Positions 37,232 to 51,287 of a stretch of 64,000 bases of DNA are shown here, in pieces. Position numbers and translations under genes: made by a program. Source of the stretch: Cetorhinus maximus (Eukaryota); the NCBI RefSeq assembly GCF_964194155.1, contig NC_135879.1:170252001-170316000 (forward strand). The letters run 5' to 3'. The notes beneath the pieces were generated by a model that saw nothing but the letters and a program-made list of their open reading frames with translations, was not told where the DNA came from and ran no database searches. The stretch's first letter is position 1. Every line of letters begins with the position of its first letter.

Positions 37232-38280
37232 AGCATATGAGCGTACGAATTAGGAGCAGGCTTAGGCCATTCAGCCCCTTGAGCCTGATCTGATTGTCGC
37301 CTCAATTCCACTTTCCTGCCTACCCCCTATACCCTTTGACTCCCTTGTTAGCCAAAAATCTATCTACTTCTGCCTTAAAAATATTCAATGACCCTGCCTC
37401 CACTGCTTTCTGGGCAAGAGAGTTCCACAGACTCACAACCCTCTGAAAGAAAAAAAACTCATCTCTGTCGTAAATGGGAGACCCCTTATTTTTAAGCTAT
37501 GTCCCCTAATTCTAGTCTCTCCCACAAGGAGAAACATCCTTTCAACATCCACCCTGTCAAGTCCCATCAGGATTTTCTATGTTTCAATAAGATCACCTCT
37601 CATTCTTCTAACACCAATGGATACAGACCCAACCTGTCCAACCTTTACTCATAAGATAACACCCCTTCCATCCCAGGTATCAGTTGAGTTAACCTCCTCT
37701 GAACTTCTCCTAATGCATTTATATCCTTTCTTCAACAAGGAGACCAAAACTGTTCGCATTGATCTAGATGTGGTCTCACCAATGCCCTGTACAACTGTAG
37801 CAAAACACCCCTATTTTTAGCAATAAATGACAACATTCCATTTGCCATCCTAATTACTTGCTGCACCTGGATACTAACATTTTGTGATTCACGTATAGGC
37901 ACACCCAGGTCCCTTTGTACCGTAGAATTCTGCAATCGCGCTTCATTTAAATAATATGCCACTTTTCTATTCTTCCTGCCAAAGTGGACAAGTTCACATT
38001 TTCCCACATTATACCCCGTCTGCCAAATCTTTGCCCACAGGTTTCCTTTTGTACGCGTTGCTTGTTACATCCTCACAGAACTCTAATAAATTAGGCAAAC
38101 GTGATTTCCCTTTCACAAAACCACGTTGACTCTGCCCGATTACATTGAGATTATCTAAGTGCCCTGCTATAATCGCCTTAATAATAAATTCCAGCATTTC
38201 CCCTATGACAGATGTTAAACTGCCCTGCGGTTTCCTGCTTTCTGTCTCCCTCCTTTCTTGATTTAGTGCTGTGCTGTTGT
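37232..38280 (-). mobile_element. CR1 LINE fragment with 3' end
   Basis: ORFs 37732-38007 (KCELVHFGRKN..QRDLGV..LYRALVRPHL) and 38009-38296 (GFVKGKSRLPNLLEF). Confidence 0.9.
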
Positions 38281-39529
38281 TCTCCCCCTTTCTCATTGGG
38301 CTGTCGTGGCTAGAGAGGTGGCAGTTCTTGAATGGCTGAAAGCTGTAATTCAGAAGGGGAAAGTGTGAAATGAGGTGGGAAGCAGGAGGTCCATGTTTAC
38401 AACATCAGCAGCTTGCTTATCATGCCAGATAGCAGGATGAGTGTGAGGTGGAAGCTGAGAAGGGCGTAAAGCAGAAAGATCCCATAACATTCAAGTTCCT
38501 CAGTGACACTGGATGTTTCAGGCCCCATCCCAGCCTGCATCATGATGCTGGGAGCCATCTCCCCTGTAGGATTCAAGAAATATAAGCACCGTTGTCCCCT
38601 GTCCCGCCCATGCAGGTGTACCCATGAATCAATGAATGAAAAAGGAACACTTTTTAAAAATTTTTAAAAAACAACATGGAGAATGGGCAATCTGTGTTGT
38701 AACAACATGGATTCTAGGGGGTCAGGTTACCTCCCTCCATATCTACAAATATACCTGAAACTGCCCAAGGCTGGAAAAATCCTGCTTATTTGCTCAGGAA
38801 ATGAAAATGTAAACGACCTTTTGGAACATTCCTTTGAGGAGGCATTAAAAACACAACAGATTTATTCTATGGGCTTAACAGCTACAATTGTCTCAATGTC
38901 TACAGAAACTGGTGCACAATGACCACACAGACTTAGTGGCTGTAGAATGAAATTCCACAGAAAGGGTGTAAATCAAAACCATTTTATCACAAAGCGATGC
39001 AAGTGGACAGGATTCAAAACCTCATTGTGTGTCAATGCTAATGTTGACAGGGACCATTTGTGTGGACAATGAGAACACTGATACTATGGTCACCTGACAG
39101 AAACCAACTTGTGATAAGAAACATTTATTAACATACATCTTGAGCAGCAGCCTCAAGTCAGTCAGTCTGGAAGACAAATAGACCATAGAGGGAACAGATT
39201 CCACCCAGCAAAGGAAGAACCCTGCTTAGAATCGACTAACCGGTGGAGAAATTTTACCTTTTACCTGCAGATTTGAAGAACCAAGCCAGATCTTCAGTAC
39301 AAGATCTCAAATGCAACTTCCACTGGAAGAAAGCCAGAAGCTTGTTGTTGCAAGGAGTAAGCCACTGTGAGTTCGTCACCAGAAAAATCCGAACTCCATT
39401 TTTTTCAGTGAACCAAAAAGAAATCATCATGCCTGCAATGTTTGCAGTTTCCACCCCGAAAGACAAGAGTAATGGTGACTTTTTGGACTCTTTAAAAACC
39501 TAAGTGCATTCTACCCCTTCTGTAATTCA

Positions 39530-40380
39530 TGGCATGCTACTTCTGCCATTTAGTATGTATGTAGTCCTTTGTTGTAACTTCACCAGGTTGGCACTTCATT
39601 TTTAGGTATGCCTGATGTTGCTTTTGGCATGTATCCCTACACTTCTCATTGATCCCTTGGCTTGATGTTAATAGTAGAGTGAGGAATATGCCAGGCCATG
39701 AGATTACAGATAATGGTGGAATATAATTCTGATGCTGGTGGTCCACAGTGGCTCATGGAGACCTGGTTTGGGGCTGCTAGATCGAATCGGAATCTATCTC
39801 ATTCGTATAGTTGTAGAGTCACGCCACACAATGAAGGTGTCCTCAGTGTGAAGATGGGACTTTATCCCCAGAAGGTCTGTGTGGTGGTCACTCCTACTAA
39901 TTCTGTTATGGACAGAAACATCTGAGAGAGGTAGATAGGTGCAGGTGTGTTCAACTACTTTTTCCACTCTTGTTGGTTCTCTCGCCAGCTTCCGCAGGCT
40001 GAGTTTGACAGATATGTCCTTCAGGCCTTGGCCAACTCGGTCAGTATTGGGGTGACTAAGCAACTCTTGATGATGGATATTGAAGTTCCCCCACCCAGAA
40101 TAGAGGCTCTGTTCTTGCTACCCCAGTGCTTCTTCCAAGTAAGTTGAACATGGAGAGGCACTGATTCATCAGCTGAGGGAGGGTTTAGTGGTAATCAGCA
40201 GGATGTTTCCTTGCCAGTGTTTGACCTGATGCCGTGAACTTCATGGGTCTGAAGTCAATGTTGGAGGCTGAGTTTAAATTCCCCAGCTGCTGTAGTAGGA
40301 TTTAATTTATGTTTCCAAAGAATTAATCTGGGTTACATTGGATTACACACCCAGCAACATTACAACTAGGTCACCGTCTC
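39530..40380 (-). mobile_element. Family-2 LINE endonuclease fragment joined to a tRNA-derived head (40266-40380)
   Basis: ORF 39794-40063 has SVHNRISRSDHHT; the reverse complement of 40266-40380 matches the SINE head at 47438 and 63820. Confidence 0.72.
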
Positions 40381-42009
40381 AATTCTGTTGATGGAAAATC
40401 TTGAATTACTTGACTGGTTAATATTTATGTAATAGAAATGTAGCAGCAGTGTTTGAAGCTAACATATGTTCTTGCTGCATACTATAAAATGTATGTATTT
40501 TGTAACAGTGCCTTGCATTTTTATAGCACTTCCACTTGGAAGAAAACACCTAACAACATTTTTACAAGAAAGAGAATAAATCAATTGAATGCAATGCCAA
40601 AGTAAAAGAGATGATTAGAACAGTTAACAAGTATTTAAACTTGAAACAAAAACAGTTACAATCTCTTCTTTTTTTATAGGCATTTAAAAAACTTTTGTTA
40701 ACACTTTTCTAAAAAGTCAAATCATTTTAATTCCAAATTGTCTGTAGGCTACATGGTGACAGTACAAAAAATACAGCTCTTATGAGTCCTCTATGATGTC
40801 AATGGCAGGAAGACCACTGTATACATTGCAGTGCTGCCCCTGAAGTCAGGCCTACTGCCTACAGCAATGTGGTAATATAAAGATAGCATAACATTTCAAT
40901 GAACACTGCTCAACTTAAAATTTGCATTCCTCAGATACCACGCCAATTATCCCAACAGCACAAGCATATAGTTTTCCATTGAGTATTTCATTACCTTTGC
41001 TAATACTTATTATTATAAATGCTGATAACATCCTTCATCACCAGATTTTCAATCAGCCTTATTTAAGAGTAGACAAGGTAGTTATAGACGAAGAAGGCAA
41101 TTTTTATCTTCAGGACTCCAGGGTTTGTGCCTCCACTGCTTCTAGAAATCGATTCCATATGTTGATCAGTCTTTTTAAGAACAATCCCTGGCGATTAATC
41201 CAAAATTTGCCTTTTATGGTTTGAACCTGTGTTCTGTGTCCATTATTTAATTCCGTACTCATTATCTAATTTAATGATACTTCAATTTTATATTCTCGAT
41301 CCTCCATGACTCTAAGATCATTTCTCAGAAGCCTTCTTTTCAGGCTTAAATTCTTAATTTTTTCAATCTTCCTCATGACTCAGACTTTGACACTCTGGTC
41401 GGCCTTGCAAACCTTAATTGAAATGTGTGCCAAGTACCCCACGTATGTCTCTGCAACCTCAGCAGGACTGGACACAATACTTGAGATGTGATCTGACCCG
41501 GGTACTTTATAGTTTAGTCTCAGCTTTCTCTGATCCTGTATTCTACTGATTTGGTTATGTTCAACATTGAAAAATAGTACAAATGCAATTGAGCTGAACA
41601 AAAATGGAAGAAAATAGATCTGTGACATGCAACCTATTTTGTGAAATAGCTTTAACTAAACAACAAAAAAGAGGATTAAGTTGAACAGCAAAGAGATGAG
41701 GTTAATATAGATGAATTGAGGTGTTTCTACTTAGCCTCTATGAGTATTGGCTCAGGCTCTGTCCTTTTCAGTTTTTTAAATTGGTTCTGATTTCCTTAAT
41801 CTGTACATCACTCCTTTCTGACAACTACTGATGGTGACACCAAATGCTGGAATTGTTCTCTCAAATGTTGAAATTATGGCAAGTGATTATTTATGATTGA
41901 AATGTTGATCATATAACACTTCAACACATTATTTTTTCTTGAAATTGTTTGGCTTTTATGCAGGAAGGCTGCACTAACAAAAGCGCACCTATCTGAGGGA
42001 TTATAAATA

Positions 42010-42275
42010 TTTTCTCTCAGAGGGTTGATAGTCTGTGGAGTTCTCTTTCTCATCGAGCAGTGGAGGATGTGTCATTAAATATATTCTTAGATTAGATTTT
42101 TGATCGACAAGAGAGTCAAGGGTTATGGGGAGTGGGGTTTGGCGTTGGGGAGACAGGAAAGTAGAGTTGAGGCCTCAGTCAGATTAGCCATGATCTTCTT
42201 GAAGGACAGAGCAGGCTTAAGGAGCCAAATAGACTATCCCTACACCTAATACTTCTGTTCTTATGCTCTTATCAC
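42010..42275 (+). mobile_element. CR1 3' end
   Basis: ttctctcagagggttgatagtctgtgg..agccatgatctt..; similar to 1760-1995. Confidence 0.8.
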
Positions 42276-42569
42276 TCCTGTCTACTTAATCACGAATTTC
42301 AAATAAAAATTGCATTTTATAGCTTCTTACTTTATAGCCTGTAACCTCAGAAGCATGTTTCCTTGCCCAAACATGTGAAAGGTTGTTTACATTCCAGTAA
42401 AAAAAATATTCTAAACTGCCGCATCAATTTCCCTTTGATTTTTCAGTCAAGTACATAATTTTGCTGGAATATAAAGTTTTATGTCTAGACATAATTTGGC
42501 AATGTTTGAATAGATTTGCCATATATGGGCATTGATATTCAGTAAGGTAGCAGTCCTTGCTTGCTTGCT

Positions 42570-44150
42570 TGCTTTATATTCATTCACAGGATGTGGGCTT
42601 TGCTGGCTGGGCCAGCATTTATTGCCCATACCTAGTTGCCCTTGAGAAGGTGGTGGTGAGCTGCTTTCTTGAGTCACTGCAGTCCATGTGGTGTAGGTAC
42701 ACGCACAGTGCTGTTAGGAAGGGTGTTCCAGGATTTTGGAAGGTGCTGTCTAAGGAGCCTTGGTGACTTCCTGCAGTGCATCTTGTAGATGGTACACACT
42801 GCTGTCACTGTGCGTCAGTGGTGGAGGGAGTGAATGTTTGTGGCTGTGGTACCAATCAAGCGGGCTGCTTTGCCCTGGACGATGTCAAGCTTCTTGAGTG
42901 TTGTGGGAGCTGCACTCATCCGGGCAAGTGGGGAATATTCCATTACACTGCTGATTTGTGCCTTGTAGATGGTGGACAGGCTTTACGGAGCCAGGAGGTG
43001 AGTTACCTGTTACAGGATTCCTAGCCTCTGACCTGTTCTTGTAGCCACAGCCTTTATATGGCTAGCCCAGTTCAGTTTCTGGCTAATGGGGGATTCAGGG
43101 ATGGTACTGAACGTCAAGGGGCGATGGTTAGATTCTCTCTTGTTGGAGATGGTCATTGCCTGGCACTTATGTGGCACAAATGTTACTTGCCACTTGTCAA
43201 GCCCAAGCCTGGGTATTGTCCAGGTCTTGCTGCATTTGGACCTGGACTGCTTCAGTATCTGAGGAGTCATGAATGGTCCTGAACATTATGCAATCATCAT
43301 CGAACATCCCCACTTTTGACCTTTATGATGGAAGGAAGGTCAGTGACGAAGCAGCTGAAGATGGTTGGGCTGAGGACACTACCCTGAGGAACTCCTGCAG
43401 TGACGTCCTGGAGCTGAGATGACTGACCTCCAACAACCACAACCAACTTCCTTCGTGCTAGGTATGACTCCCACCAGTGGAGAGTTTCCCCCTGGTTCCC
43501 ATTGACTCCAGTTTTGCTAGGGCTCCTTGATGCGACACTCAGTCAAATATGGCCTTGATGTCAAGGGCATTCACTCTCACCTCACCTCAGGAGTTCAGCT
43601 CTTTTATCCATGTTTGAACCAAGGCTGGAATGAGGTCAGGAGCTTCGTGCCCCTGGCGGAACCCAAACTGGGCGTCAGTGAGCAGGTTATTGCTGAGCAA
43701 GTTATTGCTGAGCAAGTGTCGCTTGATAGCACTGTTGATGACCTCTTCCATTACTTTACTGATGATGGAGAGTAGACTGATGGGCCGGGTTGGATTTGTC
43801 CTGCATTTTTGTGTACAGGACATACCTGGGCAATTTTCCTCATAGCCAGATGCCAATCCTGTAGCTGTACTGGAACAGCTTGGCTAGGGGCGTGGCAAGT
43901 TCTGGAGCACAAGTCTTCAGTACTATTGCTGGAATATATTCAGGGCCCATAGCCTTTGCAGTGTCCAGTGCCTTCAGCTGTTTCTTGACATCACGTGGAG
44001 TGAATTGAGTTGTCTGAAGACTGGCATCTTTGATGCTGGGGACCCCTGGAGGAGTGGATCGTCCATTCGGCACTTCTGGCTGAAGATTGTTGCAAATGCT
44101 TCAGCCTTATCTTTTGCTGATGTGCTGGGCTTATGATGATGGAAATCTCG
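42570..44150 (-). mobile_element. Family-2 LINE RT region and 3' end
   Basis: ORFs 43840-44073 (KAMGPEYIPAIVLKTCAPELATPL), 43587-43856 (RPISLLSIISKVME..QFGFRQGH) and 43010-43270 (WQVTFVPHKCQAMTIS). Confidence 0.9.
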
Positions 44151-47100
44151 TAGACTTGAGGAATATTGTTGAATCCATAAACCTCCAAGATGGAAAAGAT
44201 AGAGATGCATTCGATAAATATAACAACAAAAGAACAACTCGCATTTGTATAATACCTTTGACATTGAATATCTTAGGCAATTTTTATGAGATATAATCAG
44301 ACAAAAATGGACATGAAACAAAAGGAGATATTAGAAGGGGGTGATGAAAAGATTTGTTAAAGGGGTGGGTTTTAAGGAGGGATTTGGGGAAGGGTATGTA
44401 TCCTCACTGGTGGTGATACTTTCAGCCAACGTTGGGCTGAAGGGGAATGCACAAGAGACTAGAGTCTGAGTAAAGGAGAATTCGTGAAGGCCTGTAGTGC
44501 TTCAGAAGGTAATGGAGATGTTGATGGACGATGCCACGATGTGGCGGCAGTGCACTTCAGCAAGAGCAGAAATGATGAATGGGATGGGTCTTGGTGCAGG
44601 GCTTGGTTGGTATATGAAGCAGAGTTTTAGATTAGTTCAAATTTACTCAAAGCAGAGGATTAGAGGCCATCCAAAATGTCAAGTCTGGAGGTGACAGTCT
44701 TGGATGAGAGCGTGTCGTGGATAACAACAATAACTCAAATTTATATAGCACGTTTAGCATAATAAAATGTTCCAAGGCACGTTACAGGCGGCTAAAGCAG
44801 GAGCAGAAGCAGGCAGTGTTAGAGATATAAGGCAGTGGTCTTTGTGGTTAGACCTATCTTGGAGTATAGTGTATAGTTTTATCTTAAAAGGACCCATAGA
44901 ACTTCACAGGTGGGGTTATAAGCAAGGTTTGACATTGAGTCAAGCAAGGTACCATTAGGGCAAAGAGGATATGCTTGCATCAGAAACATACAGAGAAGGC
45001 AACAAGAAAATCCAAAGTGAGAAAATATTAGAAGGTTAAGCTCCATAGTGAAAAGACTTAGCAATGAAAAATGCTGAGTACATTTCAAATCTGAGAGTAA
45101 CACACCAAGGACCACAAATTCAGTTGTCATTGTTTTTTTCCTGGAAACAATGAATGCACTAGTGCATAAGGAAGTCTCAATAATTGTGTGAATAATCATA
45201 ATTTACCATCAATTCCCAACTATTTCTATTTTCTGAAACTTAGTATATTTATGTTGAAAATAGGAGTGCCATAATGCAAGTTATTAGCATACACAGATTA
45301 AGTTAAACTCAATAGCCCAAACCTTCCAGCCTCCGGATCGTCGGAGATTGAACATACAACCGTAGATGCGCGTAGAGACTGTGTGGAAGTCCTGATGTGC
45401 TGATCTACATAGGAATTGCCTGGGAAGTTTCAACTTTTGATGAAGTTTCCTTGCCCTGGGACCCTCCATGAATGTTTCCAACTCTATAGACGGAGACTTC
45501 AGAAGGTTCCCATTTCCTGGGTAACTATTCAGGTAAGTAAATGTTAGACTGAAAAACCCTAGTCTAACTTCTGGGTAACCCCAGAACTGACACCCCAATC
45601 ACTCACACTGACCACCCACTGACTGCACAATTGCCAAACCACCCAGCTGCCACCTCACCCACCCCACCCACTTAACCTCACCCGCTCTACCACCTTACCC
45701 ATTCCCTCATTCATCCATTCACCCATTCAGCCACTAACATCATTCATTAACAATTAAACTGGATCTTTAAACTTTCCATACAGCAGCTAGTATCGTTAAA
45801 AAGGGGGTGTGTCTTGCCTTCACCTGACTGTACACTGCTGCGATGAAGCTCTCCGAGGGACACTGCCCTCCACATTTCTGATAAAGCCAAAATGAAAATA
45901 GCTAAGAAAACTGAAACTGGAGATAATGCTGATCAGTATAAATGGAGCCCACTGAATCCCATCTCTCTCATACCCTAAGTCCCTGATTCCAGCATGGAAC
46001 TTATCAACCTTTAAATGAAAAAGTTCTGTGCAAGTTTACATTTTACTAGTTTATGCTTGTGACCAGTGGTCTGTTATGCCTTTTTTTTGAAGTAAGGCTG
46101 GCCTAACTTGAGCCTTTTTTAATAATTTACATTTTTAAACAATATTTGCAATATGCAGCAAAAATTGAGCCCTTCTTTAATCCTTTCCTCATTGTACATC
46201 CACTTTTCACATGGAATTACTCTTGTTGCCCTTTCTCCAACAGACCCATGTAGTGTGATGACCAGAACTGCAAGCTCGTCCTCTGTGTGGTCTGATCAGC
46301 TGTTTTACGGCTTCAGCATAACATTGTACTGTCCCAGTATTTTGTTAACTGTTTTTCACTGCCTCACCATGTTATATGGAGCCTGGAATCATTTTGGTCA
46401 CTCTGCTCTGAACATTTTCCGATGCACCAATGTCTTATATGAAATAATGATTAAAATTGCATTCCATATTTCAGAATTGCTCTCTGGATTGATCTGTACA
46501 ATGTCAGTACAACATGTTCTGACTTGTAATCCAATGCCCTCTAAATGCATGCGAGCACTAAATTGGCCTTATTGATTCCCTACAACAGAGACCATGCTTC
46601 CAAAGTATTCCATTGGCTGTAAAGTGCTTTGGGTTAATCTTGAGGTGTGAAACACACTATATAAATGCAAGGTCTTCTCTTTCAAACTGAATAGATGGAA
46701 AATTAAATATCTGAGCATGATAAAAACTTGTGTTAATGTCACACATAATGTGTCCCAAACATTTTGGTGTTTCACATACGCTCAATTGCTTTGATGTTCA
46801 GTGATTGTTATGCAGTAGCTATTTTGCACACAGCAAGATCCCACATATAGCTGTGAGATGAATGACTAGATAATCACAGACCCAAGAATTTCTTAGCAGA
46901 GAATTAAAGATAAATGGCGCTGTTGGCCGTCTCAGTTGGTCGTGCAGCAGGCTGGTGCCAGTCTAGCACCCCAGCAGCCCTACCATACTCTAGTTGTGAC
47001 TTACCTTAGGAGTAGTTCACAACACTATGGGTCTTGACTGGGTGAGCAGAGTATCTGTCTGCCACCCTCCCACTGAGAGCCATCAGCACGGTCCCAGTGT

Positions 47101-47437
47101 GTTTAATTTGCACTGGTGATTTTATTGGAGCAGTTTTAAAAAATACATCATGCCAAATAATTTTGTCTTCTGTTGAACCATCATCCACGATTTTATCACA
47201 AACTAAAACCCCTAGGATATTCTTAAAGGCAGGGACTTTATTTTGTTGAGGGCGAGAATTAATTCCACCAACAACAACTTGCACTGAGCCAAAGGAGGAT
47301 ATATTAGGGCAGGCAACTAAAAGCTTTGTCACAGAAATAGGTTTTGAGAAAGGTCTTTGAAGGAGGAAAGAGAAAAATGAAGAGACAGAGGTTTGGGAAG
47401 ACAATTCTAGATGACTGAAGTCACGATCATAAATTAT

Positions 47438-47785
47438 GTGGCGTAGTGGTATTGTCACTGGACTAGTATTCCAGAGACCCAGGGAAATGCTCTGGGGACC
47501 TGGGTTTGAATCCCACCACAGCAGATGGTGAAGTTTGAATTCAATAAAAATCTGGAAGTAAAAGTCTGATGATGACCATGAAGCCATTGTTGATTGTTGT
47601 AAAAACCCATCTGGTTCACTGACGTCCTATAGGGAAGGAAATCTGCTGTCCTAATCTGGTCTGGCCTACACATGACTCCAGACCCATAGCATTATGGTTG
47701 ACTCTGAACAAGGGAAGTTAAGGATGGGCAATAAATGCTGGTTTAGCCAGCGACACCCACATCCCATGAATGAATTAAAAAAATA
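47438..47785 (+). mobile_element. tRNA-derived SINE sharing its 3' tail with the family-2 LINE
   Basis: A box TGGCGTAGTGG, B box GGTTTGAATCC (47503-47513), tail ggatgggcaataaatgctgg..agccagcgacacccacatcccatgaatgaatt(A)n. Confidence 0.85.
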
Positions 47786-48929
47786 TAATTTCTGGCAGCT
47801 TTAAAAAGTGTGAAAGATGCTCAAAAAGCTGCATGAGCACGCTATTAAACTCAGGCTGACACCTCATCGGAGCTGCATTTTACCACCCCCCCCCCCCCCC
47901 CCCCCCCCCACCCCACCCCAGGAGTTGCCTCATCATTTATCTCCAGAGTCAAGCTGAGCCCTGAGTCTAAATTTTTACCACTACTTCCAGTATTTCAGCA
48001 GTGCTAAAGTTAGAGTGTAAAATCAATGTTAAAATCTGTATTTACACTGTTAAAAAGCTCAGAGTTACAAAATGTCATAGAAATGTCAAGAGCTAGGGAA
48101 AAATACACCTTATTAAGCCAAACCTAACTCTGTTATTAAAAGTGATAACTGTTATGTGAAGCAAGCAGCTGTGTTATGTTATACTTAATAATTCAGAGGC
48201 TACCCAGTAGTTAACGTAAGAAAATACACCTTTTGTTCATGCCCTTTTAATGTAACAATCATTAAGAGACATTCTTGGAGTAGATTATCTGTGGAAACCA
48301 ACAGTTAGTTGTGTTGTGTACTTTTGTAGTGAGATATCAAAGCTGGATTTTGAAAACCTCCGAACAGCTGCAAGACACATCTGGGGTAATTTTAATCTAA
48401 CTCGCTGGGTGGGAAACCAATGGATTAGATGGAATGCTGGTTTTACACCTACTCCTGAAAGTGGCCATCCAAAAATGAACTAGTTAAGAGTTAAATGGCT
48501 ACATTTTAATGAAGAAAATTTGAGTGGCTCTTTAGTTGGTGGCCAGTATTGAGGTCGATTTGCTGCTGTTGTGTAGTTCCTCATGATTGTGCAGATGACT
48601 TGGCCTACGCAGCTGTGTTTGAGCATGAAAGTTTTTTTTAAAGGAAACAATAATTAGTGGATGCAGGTAGGTGGGATTAATGTACTTGTTTTTAATGATA
48701 AACTCTATACATGTCATTAAAAACATAAGTGTAACAACTATTTTGGATGATATAGAGTCTCCGATATCTATCTGTTGAAATAAGAACAAAATCCGGTTTG
48801 AATTATCTCCTGTCACTTTTCCAAAGTTCTGATGTGCCTAATAGGTTTCATATATCAAATAAAATCTTTTGAACCTCATTGTTTATGATTTCATCTCCCT
48901 GTTGTGTGGCATGAAGACTAATGATAAAT

Positions 48930-49461
48930 TAGTGGTTCTCAGACTGTTTTGGTTGAAGGACCCCTTTTCAAATGGATTAGTAATCACGCATCCAAATTAC
49001 AATACCATACGATAATCACAATATGAAAGGGCTGTATGTAAAGAATCTGTAAGTTTGTAGCACTTAAATAATTAAAGAGAAACTTCCTGACTTGAACAAG
49101 GCTGAATTCACTTGGCCTCCACCACCAGCCTTGTGGGTCTCTCTGGTGATCTTCTTGCCACATTTAGCACTCCTCCATGCACAATCCCCTCCTAGGTGAG
49201 AGAGCTATCCCATTCTGCATGGTACATGTGGCAGCTGCACTCCGCTTCTGCTTCTCAGCTGTCTTCAAACTTGCCTCCAGCCTCTGCTCAACCACTTACT
49301 GTTGACCACTGCACCCAGGGCATTTATAGAAATTACCCACCTGTAAGGTCAATCCCTGCTTGGTAACCACTTACACATTATTTCACAGACCCCCCCCCCC
49401 TCGCAAAACGCCAGAAAGTCTTCCTCTCAGGGGTCTGCATATCCCAGTTTGAGAATACCTG
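48930..49461. mobile_element. hAT (Charlie-like) non-autonomous element
   Basis: TIR-like TAGTGGTTCTCAGACTG / CAGTTTGAGAATACCTG; no clear 8-bp TSD. Confidence 0.55.
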
Positions 49462-49519
49462 GTAATAACAGTCAATGTTTTTAGCTGTGACTGGTTTAAG
49501 TTACAAATGGAACATGTAT

Positions 49520-50225
49520 GGGCAGTTTATGTAATAGATACAAGTTCCCAGATAATGAAGCAGTCTTACCTGCATGCAGTAAAACATCGGAATCCTGTGG
49601 GGCGGATTGACAAGTAGTAAGTAATGTTTGTGCCACACAAGTGCCAGGCAATGACCATCAAGGCAATCTAACCACCACATGTGGCATTCAATGGTAATGC
49701 CAAAACCAGATCTCCCATCATCAACAGTTTGAGGATCGCCATTAACTAGAAGTTCATCAGGACCAGCTACATAGATACCGTGACTACTAGAGTAGGACAT
49801 AAGCTGGCTATTCGGTAGGGAGTGGTTCCCCCGCTGACTCCTCAAAACCTGCCCACCATCTACAAGGCACAAGTCAAGAGTGTGATGGAATATTCTTCAC
49901 GTGCCTGGATTTATAGCTGCAGCATCTCTGAAGAAGCTTAGTCCCATCCAGAAGAAAGTAGACCGGTTGATCAGCACTCCATCTACCACCAGCACCCAGT
50001 GGCAGCAGTGTGTTTAATACACAAGATGCACTGTAGCAGCTCACCAAGGCTCCTTTGACAGCACCTTCCAAATCTGTGCCCTCTACAACCTTGAAGGACA
50101 AGGACAGCAGATACATGGGAACACCGTCACCGCCACCTGCAAGTTCCCCTCCAAGCCACTCACCATCCTGACTTGGAAATGTATTGCTGTTCCTTCAGTG
50201 TCCCTAGGTCCAGTCGTGCAACTTC
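49520..50225 (+). mobile_element. Family-2 LINE 3' region
   Basis: Degenerate ..HKCQAMTI..TIYKAQVKSVMEYS..; reverse-complement match to 42600-43270. Confidence 0.8.
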
Positions 50226-50531
50226 CTACTCAGTGGTTCCATTTTTTGTTTCTAGAAACTGTCTTTTTTAAAACCATTTAAAATAAACTGTTTACAGGCA
50301 TCTTGTTTTAACCATGGTTCACTAAAGTATATTATCTGACATTATCACTTTGCTGTTTAGTGGCACCTTGCTGTGCACAAATTGACTGCAAATGTATCGG
50401 CCAAAGCTGTGTTACTACTCTGACTTCTGTTGTGGGTGTTGGTTACAGGCTAGTATGTCTTAAAGAAATCTTCGTGGTCTTCCATAAGTTTACAGTAAAT
50501 CTTTATTAATTACTAGAACTATTTACACATG

Positions 50532-51287
50532 TGTTATGACATAGCAATTGGTAAAGGCTGAGTTATTTAAAATCCCAGACAGAAACTTTAAACAACTGGC
50601 ATAACCTACATTTTTAAGTGCTATGTTTAAGATGCAGCTCTAAATTCAGGAATCAGACCACTAGTTCTCGAGGTTTTTACATCAAACTATATGAGACATT
50701 TATTAATTTACACAAGTTAAATATATACACATGGCTACAAATTACTACTGTCATAACTTTTAACAAATTCCCAAACTAATCTCCATTAAGGCAACAACAA
50801 CCTATAGACTTTAAGAAGAAACCAGGCAAAGCATCTTCACCTAACAAATTCAAAATGAGGTTCCTTTCACTTTGGTTCCTTTGCAGACACAGTGGCAGGC
50901 TTACAGGCTTTTATGTTACATGCCTCTGCCCTGCAAACATGAAACTGCTGTCTGTTTATACCCAGCACATCTCATTGAATGTAAAATTTCATTATATCAC
51001 CAGCCCCTTTGAACTCCACCTCTTCCAACCCCTTTCATAGTACCAATTTTATTAGTAATATAAACATTGCTTGGTCTCTGCTAGCTAGGTGCCAGATTTC
51101 ACTCTCCTTCTTGAATGCTCTGTTCAACAAAATGCAAATGCATTATACCTCTCTTACATCTCAAAACTAGTATATATCAAAGCACCCAGACTAGCTGGCT
51201 TTAATCCAATTAAGACACACCCACAGATTAAACTTCTATTTAAAAAAAAAATCCAATAATATTATATACATTAATAGCTTCATGACA
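50532..51287 (-). mobile_element. Solo LTR (756 bp) nested in the Gypsy 2 LTR
   Basis: TGTTATGA...TCATGACA; TSD CATG/CTTG; the other Gypsy 2 LTR has an uninterrupted CATG at this site; related to 18610-19522. Confidence 0.82.

Noticed and set aside
43679-43716. In-frame 15-bp duplication (LLSNN twice) in LINE RT
   Set aside because: Simple slippage in a dead copy; absent from the 55 kb copy.
47438-47520. Possible tRNA gene
   Set aside because: A and B boxes run on into a SINE body and LINE tail; several degenerate copies and no clean cloverleaf.
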